A DNA stretch of 64,000 nucleotides from Macrostomum lignano. Its lineage: Eukaryota. Location of the stretch: positions 496,001 through 560,000 of the forward strand of contig NIVC01000460.1 of NCBI GenBank assembly GCA_002269645.1, given 5' to 3'. The notes beneath the pieces were generated by a model. That model made no database searches. It was not told the DNA's origin and saw only the letters and a list, made by a program, of their open reading frames with translations. Below are positions 54,594 to 64,000 of the stretch, piece after piece; the first letter of the stretch is position 1; each line of letters opens with the position of its first letter. The translations under genes and the position numbers were made by a program.

Positions 54594-55763
54594 GATATGA
54601 AGCTCAAAAAAAAGTAAAATATTTTAGCATAACTTACAGAAACCAACTACCAAAAAAGCAGTTTAATTGAAGTGCATACTTTGCTGTTGGGATTTTTTCA
54701 GCGACTATTTATCCACAGTTTTTTTTATTTTCGCACTGTTTAGAAAATCGATTTTAACCCTGGTTATTAAGTTTTTACGCTCTTAAGTTTTACTTTGAAC
54801 CAAATCTTTATATATAGTGTGTAGTTGTCTTTAGTTTTAACAAATTTAACTAACGTAGAATTATAATTAAAACTTATCACTACTAGCTCTTATTTATTGT
54901 TTTTTTAAAGATTTTTCTGAATAACAAAGTTACCCATAATTACACATTTTGCTGAGTAGAAAGAATTTCAATTAGCTGCGAATTCTTTTACGTAACAATA
55001 AATTAACCATTTCTCTTTCGCCAAAAAACTTTTTTACATATTTTTTAAATTAAATATATACCAACTAAAGTGCGAAATATTTAACACTCATTAAAACACG
55101 ATAACTAGTACCCAATTTCTTGTTAATCTTTATTTATTACGTCAACGGAAGCGATGTTCTGTAAGGCGTAAGAGGCACACTGAACAAGTGCGCCATAAGC
55201 TTAATTCTCTTGATACTCGGGTGTCCACGGAGAAACCTAGTTGTTTTCCAATTACGAGCGTAAATGAAAAAAAGAGAATTAGAAGAAAACGAAGGTATGG
55301 AAAATAAGATTGGAGCAGAGGGGGTGTAAAGATGAATTCAACTCAGCGAGCAGAGCTTTGCAAAGCAGTTGCGATTCATATGGAGCTCAAGCGGCCAAGC
55401 CAAGGAGTGATGGCGAAAGGCTGCGGCTAAAGATGGAATTCTTGCAAACTTTGGAAAACTGTCCACCTTGCTTCCTTTTATGAGGCAAAAAGTGCCTTAT
55501 TATTCAAAGCCAGCCGTAAAAGGCGTAAACGTTTTTACCCCGCGAGAGGGGTCAGAGTGAGCCTGCCAGGGGGGGGGGCAAGAAGAGATGCAGACAGCCC
55601 TGAGTCCGTGGGTCGTTCGGTGCGCTTCAAGTAAGTTGGGCGGCAGACTGTCTGGCCTGCTTTAGAAATGCAGTTCTTCCCACTGTGCCACTCTGCTCTG
55701 GTGTGTTGTTTTACGTCTGCGCCTCCATTCTGCTCTGTCTGTGCTTCTCCGCCATCTATCAAT

Positions 55764-55792
55764 CTATCTATCTAGCTATCTATCTATCTATA

Positions 55793-55823
<31 letters not shown>

Positions 55824-55888
55824 TTATCATCTATCATCTATCTATCTATCTATCTATTTATCATCTATCATCTATCTATCTATTTATC

Positions 55889-55942
<54 letters not shown>

Positions 55943-55973
55943 TTATCATCTATCATCTATCTATCTATTTATC

Positions 55974-56023
<50 letters not shown>

Positions 56024-56066
56024 TTATCATCTATCTATCTATCTATCTATCTATTTATCATCTATC

Positions 56067-56112
<46 letters not shown>

Positions 56113-56117
56113 TTATC

Positions 56118-56179
<62 letters not shown>

Positions 56180-56375
56180 TTATCATCTATCTATCTATCT
56201 ATCTATCTATCTATTTATCATCTATCATCTATCTATCTATCTATTTATCATCTATCTATCTATCTATCTATCTATTTATCATCTATCTATCTATCTATCT
56301 ATCTATTTATCATCTATCATCTATCTATCTATCTATTTATCATCTATCATCTATCTATCTATCTATCTATCTATC
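55764..56375. repeat. (TCTA)n / GATA-type microsatellite with TTTATCA variants
   Basis: Read directly from the sequence. Confidence 0.98.
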
Positions 56376-56937
56376 CCCTATTATCTGTCCACATTAATTA
56401 TTTATTTCTTTCTATTCTCTCGTGCAGAGCCATCTTTCCATTTCTATCTCACTTGGTTTTGTTGCATTTTTTTCACTCAATGCTGGCTTGAAAAGCTGTA
56501 AGAGTTTTTGCTGCATCTACTCGCTGTTCAAGCGTCGTCAATAGGCTTACTTTGGACTCGGGAGGAGCAGTTGAGAAGCTCCACCGCCACTGGACAGTTG
56601 CTGAATGAATGCTAAAGGAACAATAGCCAGGCAAAAAAGAGATTCGGTGGGTCTTTCAATGCCTTTCAATGTTGGGGTTATTAAAGCGGGCAGCCATCTC
56701 CAGTATGCGCCTTCTCTGCGGCCCACAGAACCCAGCACTGTTTTTCTCGAAAGACAGCCCCAGTTCTGACTAAAAATTAGCAAAGCTTTTCAGCGCATCA
56801 AACCTGCAATTGCTTAACTCTCCTTGTATTTCAGAAATCTTAACTACCCTTTTTCCGAACGGAAGAATCGAGATTTAGTGAGTGATTTATTTTTTTTCGA
56901 ATCGCTGGAAATTCGATATAGTACTGTATGTTGCTAT

Positions 56938-57170
56938 ATGGGACTGGAGTGGGATTCTGTAGGGACTGAAGTGGGATTCTGTAGGGACTGAAGTGGGATT
57001 CTGTAGGGACTGGAGTGGGATTCTGTAGGGACTGAAGTGGGATTCTGTAGGGACTGAAGTGGGATTCTGTAGGGACTGGAGTGGGATTCTGTAGGGACGA
57101 GTGGGATTCTGTAGGGACTGGAGTGAGATTCTGTAGGGACGAGTGGGATTCTGTAGGGACTGGAGTGAGA
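56938..57170. repeat. 20-22-bp minisatellite (GTGGGATTCTGTAGGGACTGRA)
   Basis: About 10 units. Confidence 0.93.
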
Positions 57171-57272
57171 CAATTAAACATCTTTATCATTTGCTTTTGC
57201 ATGGACCTTGTTGGCATTTTTCGGTTATGGTGAAAAAATTTTTCGTGAACTTCACCAAATACTCGCTGACAG

Positions 57273-57665
57273 GTGACCCTTGATCGCCTCTCAATGACGG
57301 CTGTGGCGACGGCGCATCAGCAGGAGATTGATCAGTGGCTGCATGACAACCGAAATGACGTGGAGTCAGCTGCCATCGGCTGCACTCACCAGGCGCTGCT
57401 GTTTCAGCAAACCAAGCAGTCGGTCCTGCTGGAGGAGATCCAAGCGCTTGAGAGCAGGCTGGACGAGTCCAACAAGTCAGCGGCAGCGTCCCTCACCAAG
57501 CTGAAGGCAATGGAGAGTCAGATTGGCGTGAACCAGGAGGCGCTGACTTACCTCCAGCAGGTGACGTCGCTTGAGACGGCAGTTATGTCAGCCGGTCAGC
57601 AAGTGATGGAGAAGGCACTGCAGATGTCCAAAGTGACCGATGGAGTCGTCCTGAAAGCCAAGAAG
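57273..57665 (+). CDS. Plakin-family protein, first exon found; model join(57273..57665,58149..58373,58458..58604,58993..59147,59311..59419,60017..60165,60327..60516,60721..60820,60928..>64000) with two 1-nt frameshifts
   Basis: CTGACAG| acceptor and AAG|GTGAGA donor. Helical, spectrin-like translation. In-frame ATG at 57294. Upstream exons not identified. Confidence 0.75.
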
Positions 57666-58148
57666 GTGAGAAAAGAACTCAACCTTATTGAAAATCTGTG
57701 CGAATACAGTTGACCAAAAAAATCTACATACGAGCCTCGTATGTCAATTACTAAGCTGCAAGGGAGTAAGCTAATAAGATTGGGGTGAATTTATGAGTAT
57801 GCCATGTGTATGAAGGTCCGGTGTTACGATGGGCGGCAACCTTGCATGTGATCTGGGTGTATGAGTTTATCAAACTCAGGCGTCGACAAAATCTACATCC
57901 AGAGACAGATGAGAGAGGAAATTGAGAAGAGAGAACAGTTGAGAGAGTAGAGAGGAGAGAGAAGATTAGATGAGAGGTAGGATCAGAAAGTCTAGAAAAC
58001 AATTTAATGTCCTATTTCAATCCAAAATCTTGACGGCTCTCTAGGAGCTACTGGTAGAACAAGACAGCTGATGAAGCAAGAAACGGGTAAAGCCATATTA
58101 TACGCTACTCGTAGTTAGAAAATCGAATTGGCGAATATTTTCTCCCAG

Positions 58149-58373
58149 GAGTTGTCGGCCGAGGTCCACGGCACCTGGAGCTGGGTGAGCCAGCTGGCCG
58201 ACCTGAACCGGCTCCACACCCGCAACGCCGCGGACTACCAGACCTTCCACCACAGCGCCTACGAGCTCAACGCCATGCTGAACAGCCGAGCCAGCAGCAG
58301 CAGCTCCGCCATTGCCGCCATTCCCGCCAACAAGATGCTGGGCTCCATCAAGCGCATAAACACCGTGCTCACT
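58149..58373 (+). CDS. Plakin exon (spectrin-repeat region)
   Basis: WSWVSQLADLNRLHTRNAADYQTFHHSAYEL resembles the plakin motif W.W...L......HL..A..Y.QFF.EA. Phase 0/0. Confidence 0.85.
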
Positions 58374-58457
58374 GTGAGTAACCTCTTGTCAGTTTCAATA
58401 TCGGAAATACTCAAATCGCACACTTCAAAAGTAAAAGCCTCCTCGAAACCTCGGCAG

Positions 58458-58604
58458 GACAACTTGGCCCAGTTCAACCGGCTGTGGCAGCTGTCAGTCG
58501 ACCTGACGCAGCGCAGCCGAGCTGTGGTGCCGCTGCACCTGCGTTTCAGCACTGACGCCATCCCGTTCGCGGGCAAGAACGTGTTCAAGTTCGATGACGG
58601 CGAG
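58458..58604 (+). CDS. Plakin exon (lead-in to SH3)
   Basis: L.QRSRAVVPLHLR resembles plakin L..RS..IV.L..R. Donor GAG|GTAAGT. Confidence 0.85.
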
Positions 58605-58992
58605 GTAAGTGCCAACTGTATTGCAGAGTGAATTGCATATTTGATGGCGCTCGTCCTATCATATTCGGACACCTGCGAGTGGAAGTTGTGCCTGAAAACC
58701 TCTGCACACTACTGACTGAGTAGTGCGGAGAGAAAATGAAATGAAAATAAAAAACGGCAAAGCAATTAGCATACCAACAATAAAAATGATGGGTGTCTAC
58801 ACGTACTCCTAGAATGCGGGACTGGTCCTGGGCTATCGCAAGGTTGTTTTACTTCTTCCTAGCCTTCCGTTACTTTTTCTCCTAATTGGAAACCAAGCCC
58901 TTTTGAGTGGCGCATTTGCCAGTATTTCAAATATTTTCACAAAAAAATTCTGCTGTCTTCCGTACGATCGTATGGCCTCTCAATCCCCACAG

Positions 58993-59147
58993 ACGGTCCT
59001 GGAGCCGGGAGAGCAGGTGACTGTCATCGACAACTCCCAGTCCTACACGTGGACGGTGAGGCGCTCGGACGGAAGCGAGGTCGAAGTGCCCAGCACCTGC
59101 ATCTGGCTGCCGCCGGCCGATCCGCAGGCAGTGCAGCTCGCTATCGG
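58993..59147 (+). CDS. Plakin exon (SH3 insertion)
   Basis: GEQVTVIDNSQSYTWTVRRSDGSEVEVPSTCIWLPPADPQAV is the plakin SH3 signature (G....L.DNS....W.V....G....VPS.C...PP.D.EA). Confidence 0.92.
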
Positions 59148-59310
59148 GTTTGTGGGAATATTATTATAAAAATACTTCTTTATTGCTCACTCCTTGTCTT
59201 GAGCGCATGAAGTCTTAAAAGTGCTTTGATAATTAAAAAAAGATTAGGCATTTAGAAAAGCAGTCGTTTTGTATTTAAGAACTGAAAAGCGAACTCGTTG
59301 CGGTTTTTAG

Positions 59311-59419
59311 GCTGAGAAGAAAGCTGCTGAACACCTGGTCTCAGGTTCTGAACAGTCTGCGACAGTGGATCGCCGAGTTCTTTGATTCCTACTTGACCCA
59401 GATGCTCAAGAGCCCTGTG
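59311..59419 (+). CDS. Plakin exon
   Basis: TTTTAG|G completes a phase-2 codon. LRRKLLNTWSQVLNSLRQWIAEFF. Donor GTG|GTGAGT. Confidence 0.8.
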
Positions 59420-60016
59420 GTGAGTGCTTTTTGATCATTCGAGTGAAAAATTTCTGATCATAATAACCATACCGTTTATCATTGAAATCGTATAGTATTC
59501 TTTTTTTACACCTAAAAACAAAAGCCAGCTTTAGCGTGTAGTTAATATATAGGACAGCAGTTTGCGTCGTTTGCAAAGTGCTTTCGGAGCGGAGATACTG
59601 AACGATCTCTGTTCGCTTTTTCTTTTATTGCAATCGAAACTCGCGACGAAATCGACTGCTTTGGGTGCGGTGGGCACTCTTCAGTTCTCAAAAAGCCAGG
59701 CGCAACAGTCAAGCTGTATCGGTGCACGCCTTAAAACAAAATTGTGCTATTCCTTGAACATTTAATCGTGCAGACAGATTCTTTATTGCATTTTGGTATT
59801 TCTTTTTATATAACACCAAATATGAAAAGTGATACATAGAATGGCTTTATTTCAAGTTGAAACATTAGTTTTTAGCTACTTTTATAATAGCATCCAAGGA
59901 TTCTCCACCTCAGCTTATACATACGCCACTTGCATATAAATATACTTATGTATAGACATGCTTTTTATAGTACTCGTAAAAGTACAATTTTCAAATCTAC
60001 CCATTGCCGTCTACAG

Positions 60017-60165
60017 GGGGTAGCCAAAAAAAATCAAGGACGCTGTGACTGAATTTCTTAATTCGCTGCGTCAGTCGAGCCAAACATTCCTGGGCGTTGA
60101 CGATCAGTTTACGGATCGCATTGTCAAATCCATCGATAAAGTGCTTGAAAAGATGACAATCTGCG
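60017..60165 (+). CDS. Plakin exon; needs a one-base shorter A run at 60026-60033
   Basis: CTACAG| acceptor and TGCG|GTGAGA donor. The frame is restored if A8 is read as A7. Confidence 0.6.
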
Positions 60166-60326
60166 GTGAGAATCTGATTCAAAAATACCTTATTAATACC
60201 AGAATACTTTTCTGTAAACCAACTAATTCGATGCAAGTTTTAGTGAAGAAATGTAACCGTAAATGCAGAAGTAAAGTACTTTGATGCTTATTAATGTCCA
60301 ATGAACGAATTTTTTGTTTACTTTAG

Positions 60327-60516
60327 AAGGTCCAACGGCATCCCTAGTGGACAGAGAACTAATAATTCTACAGGCCTGCCTAGCCAAGCTACAGGAGCAC
60401 CTGAACGAATGGCGTCATTGCTCAAATGAAGCTACAGAAGCTGAGACCGAGCTGCAAGGCCGGACCGCTTTATCGAAGGAGTCTTCTGAAGTTCTGGTGC
60501 GCATCGAACTGCTTTC
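60327..60516 (+). CDS. Plakin exon
   Basis: TTTAG|AA (phase 1) and TTTC|GTAAGT (phase 2); helical translation. Confidence 0.8.
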
Positions 60517-60720
60517 GTAAGTCGGACGGACCATTTTGATTTGCTGGAATTTATCTTGTTAGGCGTGGCGTGCGTTCTGACACCTCCCACCTCTGAAGGC
60601 CACTTGTGGTCGGCGTGAGGTGCAAATTTTTGTTGTTCTTGTTAGACTTTTGTAATCACACGTGATTAAAATACATGTAGTCTAAAGGGACTGCACTTTA
60701 ATTTCTCTTTTCACAAGCAG

Positions 60721-60820
60721 ACAGCTGCAAGAAGAGTCCCAGTCTAAGTTTGAGGAGCTACAGCGTTCGATGCAGAACTGGAGACTGCAGGACGTCAAGT
60801 CCAACTTCACGGCCAACCAA
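60721..60820 (+). CDS. Plakin exon
   Basis: AAGCAG|A (phase 2) and CAA|GTGCGT (phase 0). QLQEESQSKFEELQRSMQNWRLQDVKSNFTANQ. Confidence 0.8.
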
Positions 60821-60927
60821 GTGCGTCATAAAAGTTTGCACTAGTTGTTAAATGGCAGCATTTATTATTTAATTTCTCTTTTTAATTAGTCATTATAAAA
60901 ATTTCCCTACTCCTGTAAACATCGCAG

Positions 60928-63900
60928 AGAGCACCGCAACCGCTGTTCTACGATATATCTTCGCTCTCAATCATGCACAGCGTCACAGGAAGACCTGCCG
61001 TGTCAACGCGAACTCTTAATGTTCCAGACACATCTGAGACAGACGAGCAATACAATAAAAGATCAGAAGAAAAAGTTACTGCTGAACTAACGGTGAAAAA
61101 ATACAATATTGACACTTCGTCTTCGGAATTCCGTGCACTGGTACAGAAGTACGTCGAAGAGAACAAGTCGGATTTCGCAGCGATCTTTCGCACCTGGAGT
61201 GAGTTCAAGGAGCAAGTGCGTCTGTACGTCGAGGAGCACACGTCAGAGTTCTTGAACGTTTTCACCAAGTGGAGTGGCTTCGATGATTATGTTCGAAAAT
61301 ATGTGCAGCAGAACCAAGAAAAGTTCATCACAGTGCCTGCCGTCAAGACTAAGGAGATAGACACTTCATCTTCGGAATTCCGTGCACTGGTGCAGAAATA
61401 CGTCGAAAAGAACAAGACCGAGTTTATCGCCTTATTCGTTACCTGGAGTGAGTTCGAAGAACAAGTGCGTCGCTACGTCGAAGAGAACACATCGAAGTTC
61501 TCTAGCATCTTTTTTTCGTGGAGCGGATTCGAAAGAAAAGTCAAGCAGTACGTGGTGAAGAATGAAGAGAAGTTTGCTACGCTTCTTCCCGTCAAGACCA
61601 AAGAGATAGACACTTCGTCTTCGGAATTCCGTGCACTGGTACAGAAGTACGTCGAAGAGAACAAGTCGGATTTCGCAGCGATCTTTAGCACCTGGAGTGA
61701 GTTCAAAGAGCAAGTGCGTCTGTACGTCGAGGAGCACACGTCAGAGTTCTCGAACGTTTTCACCAAGTGGAGTGGCTTCGATGATTACGTTCGAAAATAT
61801 GTGCAGCAGAACAAGAAAAGTTCATCACAGTGCCTGCCGTCAAGACCAAAGAGATAGACACTTCGTCTTCGGAATTCCGTGCACTGGTACAGAAGTACGT
61901 CGAAGAGCACAAGACCGAGTTTACCGCCATGTTTGTTACTTGGAGTGAGTTCGAGGAGCAAGTGCGTCGCTACGTCGAAGAGAACACATCGAAGTTCTCT
62001 AGCATCTTCTTTTCGTGGAGTGGATTCGAAAGCAAAGTCAAGCAATACGTGGTGAAGAATGAAGACAAGTTTGCTACGCTTCTTCCCGTCAAGACCAAAG
62101 AGATAGACACTTCGTCTTCGGAATTCCTTGCACTGGTACAGAAGTACGTCGAAGAGAACAAGTCGGATTTCGCAGCGATCTTTAGCACCTGGAGTGAGTT
62201 CAAAGAGCAAGTGCGTCTGTACGTCGAGGAGCACACGTCAGAGTTCTCGAACGTTTTCACCAAGTGGAGTGGCTTCGATGATTACGTTCGAAAATATGTG
62301 CAGCAGAACGAAGAAAAGTTCATCACTGTGCCTGCCGTCAAGACTAAGGAAATAGACACTTCGTCTTCGGAATTCCGTGCACTGGTGCAGAAGTACGTCG
62401 AAGAGAACAAGTCGGATTTCGCAGCGATCTTTAGCACCTGGAGTGAGTTCAAAGAGCAAGTGCGTCTGTACGTCGAGGAGCACACGTCAGAGTTCTCGAA
62501 CGTTTTCACCAAGTGGAGTGGCTTCGATGATTACGTTCGAAAATATGTGCAGCAGAACCAAGAAAAGTTCATCACAGTGCCTGCCGTCAAGACCAAAGAG
62601 ATAGACACTTCGTCTTCGGAATTCCGTGCACTGGTACAGAAGTACGTCGAAGAGCACAAGACCGAGTTTACCGCCATGTTCGTTACTTGGAGTGAGTTCG
62701 AAGAACAAGTGCGACGCTACGTCGAAGAGAACACATCGAAGTTCTCTAGCATATTTTTTTCGTGGAGTGGATTCGATGAAAAAGTGCGTTGGTATGTCGA
62801 AAGCCATGTGTCTAAGTTTAGTGATATCTTCGTTAATTGGACCGGTTTTGAAGCAAAAGTTCAACAGTACGTGATGCAAAATGAAGAAAAGTTTAAAATA
62901 TTGTTTGATGTTAAAAGCACTGAGCCTGATCTTTCATCACCAGAATATCGGGAATTGGTTTTAAAGTACATTCAAGAAAACATGTCCGAGCTTTTTATCA
63001 TTTTTACAACCTGGAGTGGTTTTACGGCTCAAATCCGTCGCTATGTTCAGCAGCACGAAGACGATTTTATTAAGCTGCTAGGCTGCGTTCGCGAATCAAA
63101 AAGTTCAATCCACACAGGCGAATCGCTTAAAATATCGGATACAGTGAAGACGACCGAAAGCAGCGAGTACAAGTCGTTCGGATCTCGAACGGAGACGGCT
63201 CCTGTCGGTGTTCAGGGCATTGTATCGGAAGCTACTGGGTCACGCGCCGTTAACATCGGCGGATCGGACGGAGAGATGCTAGACTTATCCGGATCGAGAA
63301 CTAGCCGATATTCCGCCTTCCCAGGAGAGTCGTATGGAACGTCGGATACAGTGAAGACGACCGAAAGCAGCGAGTACAAGTCGTTCGGATCTCGAACGGA
63401 GACGGCTCCTGTCGGTGTTCAGGGCATTGTATCGGAAGCTACTGGGTCACGCGCCGTTAACATCGGCGGATCGGACGGAGAGATGCTAGACTTATCCGGA
63501 TCGAGAACTAGCCGATATTCAGCCTTCCCAGGAGAGTCGTATGGAACGTCGGATACAGTGAAGACGACCGAAAGCAGCGAGTACAAGTCGTTCGGATCTC
63601 GAACGGAGACGGCTCCTGTCGGTGTTCAGGGCATTGTATCGGGAGCTACTGGATCACGCGCCGTTAACATCGGCGGATCGGACGGAGAGATGCTAGACTT
63701 ATCCGGATCGAGAACTAGCCGATATTCAGCCTTCCCAGGAGAGTCATATGAAACGTCGGATACAGTGAAGACGACCGAAAGCTACGAGTACAAGTCGTTC
63801 GGATCTCGAACGGAGACGGCTCCTGTCGGTGTTCAGGGCATTGTATCGGAAGCTACTGGGTCACGCGCCGTTAACATCGGCGGATCGGACGGAGAGATGC

Positions 63901-64000
63901 TAGACTTATCCGGATCGAGAACTAGCCGATATTCAGCCTTCCCAGGAGAGTCGTATGGAATATCGGATACAGTGAAGACGACCGAAAGCAGCGAGTACAA
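60928..64000 (+). CDS. Giant terminal exon of the plakin gene encoding two tandem-repeat regions; open to the window end after a 1-nt deletion at about 61812
   Basis: ATCGCAG|AGA acceptor is in phase 0 with ORF 60973. Manual translation from 61815 through the repeats shows no stop before 64000. Confidence 0.8.
61108..63080 (+). repeat. Coding 249-bp (83-aa) higher-order repeat made of 25-aa subunits, order A-B-A-B-A-A-B plus a degenerate unit
   Basis: IDT codons start at 61108, 61357, 61606, 61854, 62103, 62352 and 62601. Confidence 0.95.
63135..64000 (+). repeat. Coding 207-bp (69-aa) Ser/Gly/Thr-rich tandem repeat, four full units plus a partial fifth
   Basis: SDTVKTT units start at 63135, 63342, 63549, 63756 and 63963. 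Confidence 0.95.

Noticed and set aside
55280-55485. Possible upstream exon of the plakin gene
   Set aside because: Open frames are short, there is no suitable donor, and there is no calponin-homology or spectrin similarity.

Overview
Repeat-rich eukaryotic (animal) genomic DNA with spliced, GC-rich exons. The (TGTC)n and minisatellite-packed introns suggest a flatworm such as Macrostomum; this is an inference, not a result. Four co-oriented + strand genes can be rebuilt with GT-AG boundaries and phase checks: (1) a Kelch-repeat protein with an acidic tail, 6851-11225; (2) an ARH3/ADPRHL2 ADP-ribosylhydrolase with its catalytic motifs present, 18656-20998; (3) an LRRFIP1/2 coiled-coil protein, 41986-48684; (4) a plakin-family gene from 57273 to beyond the window end. 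In the plakin gene, a spectrin/SH3 plakin region is followed by a terminal exon of over 3 kb. That exon encodes a three-tier repeat I do not recognise (25 aa, 83 aa, A/B variants), then a 69-aa repeat. The ORF track misses 61815-64000, which has no stop in the window. A pseudogenised partial duplicate of this 3' half lies at 52343-54593. Mobile DNA includes a Gypsy 3' end with LTR, three tRNA-derived CORE-like SINEs, two hAT elements with perfect 8-bp TSDs (one inflated by a minisatellite of its own subterminal motif), a long-TIR Merlin/Mutator-like element and Charlie-like fragments. About 25 tandem arrays explain nearly all the long 'ORFs' in the track. There is no CRISPR array and no rRNA.
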